A stretch of DNA of 64,000 bases from Camelus ferus (GCF_009834535.1 NC_045696.1:22818001-22882000); one strand, 5' to 3'; positions 38,304-52,193 are shown, counted from the first letter of the stretch. The notes: a model not told the origin generated them from the sequence alone. Program-made: numbers and translations.

Positions 38304-39469
38304 AAGAGTTATTTATTGCTACACTATTATGAAAGGAGAGAGGACATGAAGTTAAGGAGAAATATCCCCTTCCTCTGTGCTGTCTCGTGTCTGGGGTTCG
38401 ACACTTTACAGAGCACTTTTTACTTCTTCATAGGGTCAGAACCCCAATTTCCTTCCTTTGGGATGTGCTTGCTTTTCAAGACAGGAGATAAGATTTTCCT
38501 TTTCAATGTTTTTTTTAATATTTTAAAATTCTATAAAATAATAAATTCATACAGTTTTATTAAGAGATATTAAAATGCTTGTAATGAAATCCATCAATCT
38601 CCTGCCCTTCCTGTCCTTATTTTTTAGTTTTGATCCTCAAAGGCAATTGTCTTCAAAAGTATATCTGGTGAAGAAAGTTGAAAAATTCACTTTAGCAAAT
38701 ATCAAATTTGTCTAAGTGGAAGTGTCCAGAAAAGCATTGGATATTGAGGCCTGAAATTTAGGAGAGAAACCTTGGGTACACATAATGCTTTGGGACTTCT
38801 CAATATATAGGTGGTATTTGAAGCTATGAAAAATATCTCAGAGGTTTCTTTTTAAAATGTGTGTAGAAAAGTCCTTTGCAAAAGTATGATATAAATGTAT
38901 TCTTACAGAATAAATAGGTTTGTGCATGGTAATAGTAAGCTTAGTACTAGTAAACCTTGGCGGACTTTGTACATCTTGACTGCAAGTAGCAATAGAAAAC
39001 AAGAACAGAGAGATGATGTAACAAATGGGATGAAAATCATAGCTCAAAAAAGAACAGCAGGAAAGGAATGGAGGAGAAGAAACGGGAACCCAATCTTAGG
39101 TTTTCTTAAGATCAAACCTAGACTCCCTGTCCTGCAGTGGTTCGGAAATTGGAAAGAGGAATTTTAGGATAATGATTCCTTAGTGAGCAGTGCTGAATAC
39201 TTCATAGGATTTTCTATGGAGATGAATATAAATAAAATGGAATATTCTTATATGAAAAACTGGGCAGTAAGTAAAATTTGTCTTTGCCTCTTTTGTCCAT
39301 AAGCAACTTTTATTGTTATGCTATGGTTTCCCAGAATTCTCTGCATCAATTCTCTCCTCAGTTTAATCCTTCAAGGTCAAGTTCCTTCATCCAGAAATTC
39401 TTCCTTCACTCTCACCAAAACTCACCTGAAATTCTACTACTACCCATGAAAGATGAACTGCTATGAAAA

Positions 39470-40890
39470 TTATCTTTCTGCCAAACACCTCTATAAAACT
39501 GGATGAAATACAAAAGATGACCAATTTCACACATTGAACAAGAGCCAGTGCACAACTGTGATCTCTGAGGTTAGGAAATAAATGGAGTGAATCCTAAAAT
39601 TTCCCCAACTTACACTTGGGTGGTGCAGTTTGTGGATTATAGGGCATCAAGGGGAAATTCAAACAGGGTCTAGCAATTTAGCTGAGTTAATAATTGAGAT
39701 TAGAGCTAAGGGAGGAAATTGGCTAAAATGTGTAGGGCAAAATATCCAAAGAAGGGGGTTATGCACATACACATGCAGAGTTTTGGAGGTCTGCAAAGGT
39801 GTCTTCTTGTGCCTTTGATTGCATTGAAATTTATGATGCATGAAGTAAAATTTTGTGAAGCCAAAAAAAACACCAACTAGACAGTAGTATATGGGAAATT
39901 CTCTGGAGCTCACCTGTGGCTGAGAAGAATACATGTTCCCACCAGCCAGAAGTGATAAATTTCCTGATTCCTGCAAATGTTGGGTAGAACCTCAGAAGAG
40001 TAAAGGTTGTTTTAAAATTTCAATAAAAAAGCGAGAAATCGTACCTTGAAAGTATCCAACTTATTCCAGGCCAGAAAACAAGTTCAAAATTATTTAAAGA
40101 AAAAAAATTACCACTTAAAACCTCACAATTCACGAATTTCTTGCATCTAATAAAAAATTAACCAGCGTGCAAAAGAGCAGGACTCCATAGCTCATTGCTG
40201 GTAGAAAAGAAATCAATAGAAACAGATCCAAATACGACAGAAATATTGGAAGGATCTGACAGAAATGCCTTAAGCATCTAGTTGAACCTTAAAACAGATC
40301 TGAAGATAGTAAGAAAACATGGTAAGAAATGGAAGATATAAAAGTGAAAACTTTATAACTGCTAGACTTAAAAACACGGTGTCTGAATGAAAAATACATT
40401 AGATATGATGAATCGCAGATTAGAAATTGCAGAAGAAAACATCAGTGGACTTGCATTCAAATAGAAAATATCCAAAATAAAGCACAAAGTGAGGAAAGAA
40501 AGAAAACAAGGTTTGGTTCATTAGGGACCTGTGAGATAATATCAAGTTGTCTTGTAGGGATGAAATTGTAGTTGGGGGAGAATGATCAAAATATTTCAAA
40601 TTTTTAAAATTGTCACATTCAAAAAAGAGCACTGAAGCTGAATAAATGCAAACAAAACCACATCATGACACATGATCAAATTGCTGAAAACTAGTGATGA
40701 AAAGAAATGAAAAGAAGCCAGGGAAATGGCTCCCACACAAATAATCACATATAAAGATACAACTTTTTCAGTTCAGGGAAAGGCTCTGTAAGTGATTAGC
40801 ACACGGTTAATGCATTTTTCAAATCTCATCAAATTGCACAGTAAAGTGAGTGAAATAGTCTTAGGCAAATCATTCTTCAATAAAGCATCT
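39470..40890 (+). mobile_element. Old L1M remnant: 5' region/ORF1 followed by a 3'-UTR-like end
   Basis: ORF1-like blocks (gcagattagaaattgcagaagaaaacatcagtggacttg; atcaaattgctgaaaactagtgat), then aaatctcatcaaattgcaca...ttcaataaagc. Confidence 0.65.
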
Positions 40891-40916
40891 GATTATTTAA
40901 ATATGTTTGCTTGATC

Positions 40917-41462
40917 TGTTAGGTAGTTAGATAAGTGAGGGCACCCAGCAGATAGAGGGAGGAGAGGGAGGATGGTCCGGAAGATGGCGCTGTGCCCACC
41001 TCCAGCATAAAGGGACTTTACTTCTAAATGAGGGCCAGCAAAAAAAACTGATTAAAACCCGACAGCCATGACTGGGCGGTAGCAGAAAGGACTTAACCGG
41101 ACACTAGCCAGTGTTCCTTGTATTATAGTTAATATTGCTATTTAGGCTCCATCATGGGCTTTTCTGTGTGCACCATGGGTAAGGACATGCGCAAAGGGCC
41201 CAAACATGACTAAGCACTCCAGGGACAAGAGCTGTCAATCCATCAAGAGGCCACCTCTAAGCGAGGGTGTGAGAGAAAGGAAGACAGACACTGCTGCTTT
41301 ATCCTCCCTTGGATCAGCCCGCCTCCCATTCTTGGGCGTGTACCTTTCCTTTCTTTTCAAATAAATCTTTAAAAATCTTTTGCTACACAACACACCGTCT
41401 CCCAACTGCCAACTTGTCTTTCAGGTATGACAAGAACCAGGGTCTTTACCTTTGGGGTAACA
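40917..41462 (+). mobile_element. ERV solo LTR (ERV1-like)
   Basis: TGTTA...TAACA inverted termini, AATAAA at 41360-41365, 4-bp flanks gatc/gttc, and raised GC/CpG content. Confidence 0.85.
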
Positions 41463-43696
41463 GTTCTGTGTCCTATTCTGTATCTACTCTACTAATTATA
41501 ACTGTATTAAGGACTAATAAAACATAAATAAACTTCTTTTCTAGAGTACTTTTATCTCAAAGCAAATTTTGGAGTGAAAATTTTAACCTCAAGGACAGAA
41601 CTTTTCATGTGGTCATTTTCAGTGCTGTGATGAACGTATTTGGGAACAGGAGAGATTTTTCTAGCACTTTTCAAATCTCACCAGAGGGCTACCTCAATAT
41701 ATTCGGTCCTGCAAAAAACAGACTGGCCTAAATTTAAAATGTCAGTTCAGGCTCTCATAGGGAGTAAAACCTCAGGTTACGGCAATTCAGCCACTTCTCA
41801 ATAATTTGTTCTAATGAAGAATTACAGTGGCACTAACCTTTCACAACAGCCTCAAGTCCTGAGAAAATTTCTATTTGGTTTTATAATGTATCAGATGATT
41901 TGTAGCAGAATTTATCCAAAAATTCAATTTTGCATAATAATATCATGATATAAAGCACAGAGCAACTAAACTTCACAAAAGAGGGGACAATATAACAACA
42001 TTTTACACATCCTCCATGATAGGACTCTGTGAAAAATACTGGGAGTGAAAAGACATATCATCTTAAGTCTAATTAGCATGATATCTGACACATGTCAGTT
42101 ACTTAATATCATATGTGGAATAAATACATACGATAAATACAATCTGTGTCTCATCTTTCACAGAACCAGACAGTTACGTTAGCTGGGGAGCATTGCAAAG
42201 ATGAGACTTTTCCTTGGACAACCCATCATGGCTTTAGATGCCTATTTTTTCACTGAAACATACATTCCACTACTTGAAGAGTTCCACTTCCCTTTGAAGC
42301 TCATGCAAATTTAACCTGGTATGAAACATTTAGTTTACAAAACCTACAAAGTGAAAACTTTGCATATGAGTTCTCAAGAACTGCCCAGATGGTAAACATA
42401 AATTCTGATTAAATAATGTCAGGATACATCTATCGTCACAATTGATCCACACATCTATTAAAGAGAAAATTGATTCTGCTCCAGGTCCTGTCAACTTCTA
42501 CTTGTGTTTTATAGGTCTAGGATTGATTTGCAAATAGCATCAGACTTACTGGAAAGACACGGCTTACCAAATTGAAATATAAGCCCATAACAATCTTCAA
42601 AGAGATGGATGCTTTATAGATTTTAGGTGAAATAAGTTAAAGTTAAGAGTGGATACTTGTTTCTCTCAATAGGCTGCATTTCCGAAAAATGCATGAAAGA
42701 GAAAGTTCATTGACATTCTTGGGAAGCAACGTATGAGAATAACTTATCTAGACAGGCTAAGCCAAAGGAGAAAAAAATGCTGGCACACTAGCAGAGTAAC
42801 TGGGTTGTGACACTGATTTCTACTGAGTCAGTAATTCAAGTGTAGGAGTGAGAGCCTAAATCTCCACAAAACTCATTAATCACTATAACCGCAAAATTAG
42901 AGTTTCTGGGACAAAAGTCTTTATCAGAAAGTTGATAATGGCATTTGAGTTTAACATTCTGTGTCTCATAATATACCTAGGGACTTAAACCAATGACTTT
43001 TGACCCAAGTAATTTCTCCTAGGGAGAAAATGAATTGGATGGCACAGACTGGACAGATATCATTAAAGAATTTCAATTGCAGTCTTTGGCCTAAAAAGTA
43101 TTATAAATCTATCTTTTTTCTACATAGGCAGTAGTTAAATTATCTAGACAGGTTTTCAGGGTAAATATTGCTGATACAATGGAAAAGCTACAGTTTTTGT
43201 CTATTCTTGTCATTTATCTACTCAAAGGGCCTGGCCACGTCTCTTGATAGTTTTAGCTGGATTCCCTTTAAACAGAGTAAGTAAGTTGTAATTTAACCCA
43301 ACAATGCCATAATCTTTATTGTAATGCACAGCCATAATATATACTCATGGGTTTAATGCATTCTCACTATAGACCTGCTCTACACACTCACTGATATAAA
43401 ACACATTCACTGGAATTAAATTTATTGACCCCATGGAGATTTTATATACAGTATGTATGTTTTGTCAAATGCATACTCAAGTTCAGAACCAGTCTCAGAC
43501 CAAATGGTGGCCTGAGTTCCCCTGATACCCAACCCCTGTCATCATTTTTCCTCTCTACCATGGTGAATAAGAAAAATTCAAGCAATAAGAAGGGAAATGT
43601 ATAATCTTATTTTTTTATATTTGTAAAGAGAGCTGCTCATGCCCTAATTTAATATGACTCTTCCATCCATCATTTGTTCCTCTTGTTTTAATCCCG

Positions 43697-43771
43697 ACTC
43701 CTTCCTCCTCCCTCCCTCCCTTCCTCCCTTCCTTCTTTCCTTCCTTCTTTCCTTCTTCCTCTCTCCCTCCC
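43697..43771. repeat. (CCTT/CCCT)n pyrimidine tract
   Basis: ctccttcctcctccctccctcccttcctcccttccttctttcc... Confidence 0.9.
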
Positions 43772-44611
43772 ATTCAGGTCTCTTGCTATTAACTCTTCAC
43801 TTTCCTTTTTTATACTCTTCCCTCATCTACAATGAGTGTGTTTTTCATTTTAGCACATAAAATTGAATCTTCTTATGTTAATGTTCTTGGCAAGCACTTT
43901 TTTTCCTGTAACTCTGAGTAAAATCTAACTAAAAAGCTTGTGTTGAGACTTTTTAGGAAGCAGCCCACCTGGCAGGTGAAGGGATTAATAATGTGTGAGC
44001 TGAGGTTGGGGGGGACCAGCGCTATCAACACTTGCTGTTTAAGATTCTTGTTTCTCTTTGTCATTGATATCCTGGATCCCTGGCATCATGTATGTGACTC
44101 TGAACCCTATGGACCAGACTTATCATTCCTGCAGCTGAGCCCCTGAATTTCTCCTGTGACTGCCAATCTGGCTGTACAATGATTCTTACTCGTGTGTATC
44201 CTGTGTTTCAGTTGTGATCCCCTCTTTTGGACAAGTAGGTAGTTTCCTAATTTTCTGGGTTTGGTTTACATTCTCCTACATAAGCTAGACCTGAGTATGA
44301 TTACCTCCCTACCAGGAATCATCAGGAATTCTGAGTTCCCATTGATCTAAGAAGTGTTTCAGCATCTTATAGTGAATGATTATATGGTGACGAAGTCTTT
44401 ATAGTTTTAAAAAATCTTGTTTTTATACAATGTATCTGGTGCCATGTTCATATAGCAGTGATTATCCAGGAGATAATGATGATGGTACACTGGATATGTT
44501 GTAAATGTTAGGGGCAAGGAGAAGTCAGCTGTACTTTTCACTATTTCTGCATCTTTCTTCTAGCAGTATTTAGATTTTTTTAGAAATCCAGTCACTGCCT
44601 CAAACCTACAT

Positions 44612-45149
44612 TGTGGTAGACTGTATTCATGGCCCCAGTTCTTCCCCTCTTGCTACATCCATGCCCTTTGCCTTGTGACCATGCAGTCCCTTTTGAAAAG
44701 GGGGGGCAGGGGCTGTATTTCCCCATCGCTTCATTCTGAATTTGGCCATGTGTTTTGCTTTTGTCCATGGGATGATTCAGAAGTGCAAGTGTTCCTGTTT
44801 TGAACCTACACAATAAGAGGTCTTGCATGTTTCAGTTTCCTCTTTCTTAAGTCTTTGCCTTTGCTGGAGGTTAGTCTGGGTCAGCCTACTGGGCTTAAAT
44901 GGCACATGACAAATGCCAAGTTGCCCTGGTCACCCCAGCAAGAGCCAGACTACATCAGCCAAACAGCCAGCTGAGCTCCAGGTATCTGAGTGAGCGCGGC
45001 TAAGGTTAGCAGAGCCCCTTAGCTGACCCCCACTTAATTACAGGTGTGTGCACAGTGGACAATTATTGTTGATTACCGTGGAAGTTTTGTGGTTGTTTGT
45101 TTTGTGGTGTTACCACGACAGTATTATTGTGACATGGATAACTGACACA
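44612..45149 (+). mobile_element. MLT1 (ERVL-MaLR) solo LTR
   Basis: tgtggtagactg...atggcccc start and gttttgtggttgtttgtt...gataactgacaca end. Confidence 0.85.
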
Positions 45150-46189
45150 TAGAAATTTTCAGAAGACAATATCCAGATCACAAACTCATCAGCAGTTCCA
45201 GACTTCCTTTTCTCTCACTGATAATAAAACATTACTGTGTCCTAGTCCATTCACTCCAGAAAAGTCACATGACCTCTATTTTTAGTCTCTAAGTTCTAAG
45301 GGCCAGGAACATCATCCCGTCTTCCATGATTTGGTGCCTATTCTTAAGGAAACATTTCTGCCCCTTTCTTTGTATCTCCACGTGGAGTGACAACCACTAG
45401 CATGAAACCCACAGCTTCTCCCTACTTCTTCACTCACTTCTGCTTTGAAGTGGAGAACTGAATTCCAGCTGGGAAATCTTTGAGTGAAAACTAGTTACAG
45501 AGTCAGTTGCCTGCGGGAAGTATATGACATGCTGCTTCTTTGCCTACACTTTCTGGCAGAGCAGAGCCTCAGTGTGAGTCTGTATTCACTCTGAGTGTGA
45601 ATGGGAAGACCAGATAATTCTGAGTTTCAGTGTTTGGAAACTCATTGCTATTCATATAAGCAGCCTGGTTTAATGAAGATAACATTAGCATTCCGTTTGC
45701 CCATCTTCATCACTTTTTCATTTGACTTAAACTCAGATGGGGAAAAGGAGGTTTCTCTCCCTTTCTGTCCAATCCCACTAACTTCTATTCTACCCTTAAC
45801 ATCAAAGACCCTTACCTATCATGCGTGCTCCTCTCGTGTGGGCTGCCATTTCTCCAGACACTAACAACAGCAACATAAAATGTAGATTGCATCCAGTCAG
45901 TGGTTTAAGCCTAAGATCTGTCAGTTCATTTGGGCTTTTGCTTTCTTTCTTTCAATTATCAAAGTTTACTGGACATCCACTGAGACACCAAAGGATGAGA
46001 CAATAGGTTGCCAATATGCAATAGCCTTGACCCCAGCCTTTGAGAATTGAGGCGATCATCTAATCCACCAATATTGTAAAACCACCAGACTTGTTTGTTT
46101 GAAGGGAACCTCCAGTCATCTTTCAACAGATCACAAACTAGCATTTTTCTATTCTTAAATGTGCTTACCATCAGAATTTAGCTATATAT

Positions 46190-47150
46190 CCAGCAAATAT
46201 TTGTTTAACATCATCATCTACTGGATGGCAGGCACTGTCCTTAGAAATGAGGAAAAGTCATGAGCCACCGAGGTTCCATATCCCCATGTAGCTTTCATTC
46301 TCTTAGAGGAGATGCAATAGATTCATACGTGAGCAAATACACACTACCATTTCCAGTAATCACCGGTACTCTGGAGAAAAGTAGAACAGGCTAGAGGAAC
46401 AGATAATGAGGAGGGTAGGCACTATGTCTGAGATGGAGTGGTCAGGGGAGGCTTCTCTGAAGAGGAGATCTTGGAGCAAATGCCTGAATGATATGAAAGA
46501 GGAAACGGGGTCTGCTGGAAAATGTTCCAAGCAGAGAACAGGAAGACGGGCACCCCTACCCCAGCCCTGGGAGCAATGAGACAGACTTCAGCAGCAGAAG
46601 TGAGTCAGAGAATATTAGCATCTGATTTCAGAAAGAGTAGGGAAAACTAGAACATGTAAATCTAAGTTTGATAAGAATTAATTGAAGGGTTTTGAACAAG
46701 GGAGTGATAATACAAATTCTCTAAAAAGATTTTTCTGCTGGTACCTGCTATGTGAAGAATAAAGAGGGGTGGAGCCTAAGGATAGCGGGGAATTTGCCAG
46801 GAGGCTGTACCATAGAATCTGGCTGCAAAATGGGGGCTGGAAGCTTGGAAAAGTCTTGGTGAGAGAGGGGCTGGGAAGAGGCCAATTGTGAGGAATGTTC
46901 TGAAGATGGCGCTGGCAAGGCTTGATGACGTGTCAGTGTGCGAGTGATGGAAACAGAAAAGTTTAGGATAATACCTAGGTTGTTTTTTTTCATGAACGGC
47001 AAGTGAATGGTGGTATGGTTGTGCCGTTTACTTGGTTGGTTTGGAGGGAGAGATATGAAGAGTTGGTGTTGAATGGGTTAAATATGAGAAATTATTTGGC
47101 ACTGAGGTGGAGGCATCCAGGAGGCTCCAAATAAGGAGTGGGGAATCTTG
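46190..47150 (-). mobile_element. L2
   Basis: cagcaaatatttgtt...caggcactgtcc...gtggtcaggggaggcttctctgaagagg...ttttgaacaagggagtgat. Confidence 0.8.
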
Positions 47151-47394
47151 GCTCATTTATACAGGTGTGATTTATACAAGGAAGATGACTTGGGGCTCCA
47201 CTTAGAATAGCTATGTTGAAAGACATGGCCTTGGCCTTGCCTCAAATCTTTGGTGAGTGGATATGTAGGTATAAGCTTAAGCTACAATAAAATGTAAGAT
47301 ATATGTATATCCATAAGATGTTCTACTTTAAGTATTTTTTAGAATGACTATTGATTGTGACTGCATCCAGTGAAAGCATTTCTGCTGAGTTAAA

Positions 47395-47600
47395 AATAGT
47401 TAATGTTGACTTCAGGTCCACCGTGTGCCAGGTACTGTGACTGGCATTTTACGTACACGTCTCCTGTGTTTTCTCATAATCCTGTGAATCTCTTCATTCT
47501 TGATGAAAAGAATCTGAGTCAAGAAAAACATCATGTAATTTTCTCGAAGTCATACAGATGTTACAGATGACACCCAGTAAACTCTAAATCCACTACTGTA
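47395..47600 (-). mobile_element. MIR
   Basis: gtgtgccaggtactgtg...ctcataatcctgtga...aagtcatacag. Confidence 0.6.
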
Positions 47601-49189
47601 TAAGGTGACTCCTTTAAGTTAGTGGTCAAGCATTATTTTATCTGGGAAGCTTTCCTCATTCTCTCCCCATTAAGTGCAGGCTAGTTAAACATGACAGTTT
47701 ATATGCCATTTTTGTTATATACAAGCTTATGACCTAACCTCAGAGAGGGATGTCCCAAGACTCGAGAAAGGGTGGAGATTGGAATTCAGATTTCATATAG
47801 TACCTTTGAGGTCACAGAGGCTCAGGTACCTAATGTGGCCTTAAAGATTATCTGCCCCAGGAGACATGTCTGCCTTCATGTGGACCACACAGATCTGGGC
47901 AGTTGACCCTGAGATTAGCAGATAGAACGGGATGGAGTCAGACAGCCTTCTTTATTTTCTAGGTAATTTCCAGAAGTCTCATAGGCTCCCACAGGATTGG
48001 GGAGAGTCAGGAATAATAACTAAGGCTTGACTTTTCATTAATCTTGGTAAATGAGTGCTGAGATAGATTAAATGTTAGACAGAAAAAATAAAAAAAATGG
48101 CACCTCAGTGTCACTCCAACTTATAACATATGCATATTTAAATGTGTACAAACATATATATTTGAATATTATGTGTAAGGTTTTTGTGTCTGTTTTCAGA
48201 TGCAAGTGACAGAAATCTAATGTCAAATAACTTAAGATAAAAGAGGAGGTACTGAAAAAGTGGGGGCAGTTGAGGGAATTAAAAGAAGAGCTGAAAGGAC
48301 AAAGGCATTTGTGGGAAAATCTGCCATTTTTAGAACCCAGACCTTGAAGACTGTAACTGGGGGCTTTTGTTACTCCTTGTTTCTTTCCTTCTTTTTTTTT
48401 TTTTTCTTCCATCTACAAGTAAGTCTCGTTGTGTCAGTCTTCTGTGCAGCAGGAGACATGATCAGCAGAAACCCTAGGATTCCTTCCTTCCTAGTCCAAG
48501 ACCAGAGGTAAAAAGCACTTCACTTTGAACCCCAGCTCAGAATATCCAGGACTCCAACTGGGCCTCTAGCCACTGCTTGAAAGGACTTTAGTGGCAGGAT
48601 ATACAGGACAGGTATTGGCTCAGACAAGGCACGCTGGGTGCAAGCAACCTAGAGGCTGAGAGGATAAGATTTCCTCAGGAGCTGATTAGTTTTGTGAATA
48701 AGATTCCAGTTGAGCTGGGACTGAAAGAGTGAGAAAGATTCAAAGAGGTGATGTGAGTGAGAAGGGAACATATTAGGAGCAAAATAATGGAAGCACCAAT
48801 GCAGGGGATACAAGGCATGTGACCTGTTTAAAGAGGAGGGTAAGGGAAGGGGTGTCATTTACTGAGCATCCGGAGTCTGCTGGGTAATGGCTGGTGCTTC
48901 ATGTATATTTTCATATTTAATCCTCACAGATGAGTTGGGCTACTTTTGGCTACATGTAACAGAAATCCCAGTTAAAACTGAGTTATAAAGAAAATGAGTT
49001 GGCTCCAATAAAAGTACAGATGTGGGTCAGGATTTAGGATTGACGGATCCAGTGGCTCAAAGATCAACTCACTGTTCCACATGGGTAGCGTCTTTCATTG
49101 AACTGTGCTGTGTCCTTGCACTGAAATGGAGGGTCCACCCAATTTCTACTCATACTTTTGTGTTCAGTTCATGTGCTAACCTGCACAGA

Positions 49190-49350
49190 CTAGTTTAAAT
49201 GGAGTAAAATAAAACATTTCGTTCTTCAGTCACACTAGCTAGCCATACTTCAAGTGCTCAACAGCCACATACGATTTGAGGCTACATATTATGTAGCACA
49301 CGTAATTATTTCCATCATCACACAAAGTTCTGTCAGTTGGTGCTGCTCTG
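49190..49350. mobile_element. MER3/MER33-like hAT-Charlie element
   Basis: ttcttcagtcacactag...ttcaagtgctcaacagccacat...tttccatcatcacacaaagttct. Confidence 0.75.
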
Positions 49351-49651
49351 CATCCCTGAAATACTTACTGAGAAAGCTCACTTTTTAGCACATTTACCTC
49401 TCAATGCTAAGAGTTTTTTGGTCTTATCTTCTCATTTAATCCATTAATTATACATTGCCCTTGGGTTGTTCTTTTAAATATTTCTTCCTTTTACATATAT
49501 TATCTGCACCAGATGGTAAATTTCAAGGGCATTGAAATTTTCCATGCTGAATGATGGATAGCTACTTGTTGCTTTGAATTTGAGCACTATTATAAGAGTT
49601 CAAATTGATATCAAATACCCAACATGATTTGCAGAAAGGCAGAATTAAATT

Positions 49652-50030
49652 AAATTTTAATTTTAAAACAGTTTTAGATTTACATAGAAACTGGAAAGAT
49701 TGTACATAAAATCTCCATATACCCTACATGTAGTTTCCCCATCACTAACATATTAGTAGGGCGTATTTGTTACAATCAATTAAATAACATTGATACATTA
49801 TTATCAACTAAAATCTTTATTTCATTTTTAACCTGATCTTTTTCTGTTCTAAGATCCCATCCTGGGATACCACATTATATTAAGTAGCCATGTTTCCTTG
49901 ACTGTGACAGTTTTTCCAGAATTTTCGTGTTTTTTACAACCTCATCATTTTGAGAAGTACTGGTCAGGTATTTCGTAGACTGTCCCTCAGCTGGGATTTG
50001 TCTGACGTTTTTCTCATGATTAAAATGAAA
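49652..50030 (-). mobile_element. Old L1 (L1MC/MD-type) 3' end
   Basis: ttttagatttacatagaaa...gatcccatcctgggataccacatta...gggatttgtctgacgtttttctcatgatta. Confidence 0.8.
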
Positions 50031-51124
50031 CATTTTTAACATGACCATTTAAAGGCTGATTTTCAGTCCTTTTCAAAATAAAATGAAGGCAAATGACAAG
50101 AATAGATATCTAAGAGTTGAGACTACAAAACGTTATAGTCATGACTGGTACATAAAACATGTTGTCCCCAAAACGATTTATACAGGTAATAGAGCTGAAC
50201 AGAGTTACATACCTAGTCCTAACTGAAGTCCCCCAAGAACTGGGGTAAAGAGTGGCCAGAAGTCTTTATCCAGGTAACGTTATAAACATGAGATGGGGAA
50301 ACAAGATACCCAAATCTTCTATTTCAACAAACTTTCTTTTAAAGCAGCCATTTTCATGTTATTCTGAGCAAACATTTCCAGGGAGTTGAATTGTTCATGC
50401 CAATGTCTATAATAAAAGCAAGATAAATCTAGCAATGTTCTTGAGTCAAATTTTTCTAAGAGAAAAATGAATATTAGTTTTTGTTTATCAAATAAGCAGC
50501 TATACTGAAATGTCCCTAACAGAGTTTCCTAATATTAAGTACACTGATAATCACTTAACCTTTCCACTTCTAGGACCGCCATCCCACATGTTTTCTGCTT
50601 TGAAAGATTAGGTGCTGTGTTTAAGTAAACACAGCAGAAGCAAGAATATATGTGTTTTTAGGTCAGTCAGGAATGTGAGGCTGGTTGCTAGTTTTCTTGA
50701 TTTATCACATTTTTGATCATTGCTACTGGGTGTAAAGGTGCATTTTTTTCAGAGATATTCTTATAGATATTTTAGAAAAAATTTTTTCAAAAAAAAATAA
50801 AAACAATTATGTCTGTATTTTGATCTAAACTTCATATTTTTGCTTTAAAATATCATTCAGCCTGATAGCCGGGCTAAGTACCTGTGCATGCAGGGTGGTG
50901 AGGCTGAAGAGGAGACTATAGATCCTCCAGGGGAGGGAGAAAAACAAGTAGAAAGTGGGTCAAAGAGGGGGAGGGAATGCAATTACATAGAAAAGTGGAA
51001 AAAGATTTTAGTTCCATGTAGTTTTTATTTTACCACTCTCATATTGTTTATTTCATCACTCTTCGAATGAGCTACTCTCAGAATCCAAACTTCTCTTTCC
51101 TTACACTTACAAAGGAGGAAAGCT

Positions 51125-51350
51125 GATTTATTTGGGTGCCTTATGTTCAGTTTGCTATGTCAGGTAATTATAAGCTTTGTCCTGTTTAATTGCATCTTAC
51201 AAACCCCTGGGTAGTTTTATTATCTCCATTTTATAATGAAGAAACTAAAGCTTTAAGAAATTACATGATTTACCCGTTGTCAGAGAGCTGGTAAGGGATG
51301 AAGCTCATATTTATGTCTGGGTAATCTTAAAACTTCTGTTCTATCTACTG
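51125..51350 (-). mobile_element. MIR
   Basis: ttattatctccattttataatgaagaaactaaagct. Confidence 0.7.
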
Positions 51351-51879
51351 ATAAAAACATTTCCAAAATGACTGGATTGAGTCAGGTGAATTCCTAAAGT
51401 ATATGTTCAGGGACAATATAGTTTCAACCCTGACAGTTACTCTATTTTCAAAGATCAGGAAGCAGAGATGTTAAATTTAAGGTTGGATCATCCAGTAGTT
51501 TAAAGATCAACACACTGTTCCACTAGCATGGTATTTCAATTATTTATATTCACTCTGCCTCACTAAGACAAGGTTTTAGCTAGGCCTCCACACAGCGGAC
51601 CAAACAGAAGGTTTAAAGGTCTTTGCAAGTGTTTGCATTGACACGAAAGGACAGGTTTTCTGACATAGAGGACTCCTCCCAATTCACTGAGTCACGTGCT
51701 CCACAGTAATTTAGGAAGTCATCTAGGACACTTCTCTCCAAAACTCTAATCCAACCTAAACCTAGGAGTGTGTGAGTAAACACTATAAAGAGTCAAGAAC
51801 ACTAGTTGTTTTGGGCTGATCAAGTAGAATCTTGGCTAAATGTTTTGCCACACCTTATTTTAGCTTTTCGAATGATTTT

Positions 51880-51981
51880 TTTTCCCTTTTTTTTTAAGGG
51901 AGGTACTCGGGATTGAACCCAGGACCTCATGCATGCTAGGCATACTCTCTACCACTGAGCTATTCCCCAGCCACACCCCAT
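51880..51981 (-). mobile_element. Camelid tRNA-Ala-derived SINE (variant 5' end)
   Basis: tRNA-Ala-like body plus poly(A). Probable TSD gaatgatttt 51870-51879 / gaatggtttt 51982-51991. Confidence 0.9.
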
Positions 51982-52192
51982 GAATGGTTTTCAATCTGAG
52001 TTCATTAGACCCTGATGCAAATGATAGATCCAGCAGGGAAAATGATCTTGATTAAAACATGGATGTGTCTTAATCCTGTTTCTACAATGTTTGATCAATG
52101 AAATATGGTTAAAATCAGGGGATAGAAATATGATTACTCCCATAATAATTTCGAAAGTCAGAAGAGGAATGATTGTTAGGAAATCTTTACGT

Positions 52193-52193
<1 letters not shown>

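Noticed and set aside
38002..38349. 115-aa ORF as a functional gene
   Set aside because: Fragment of L1 ORF2 in the inverted arm, frameshifted near its end.
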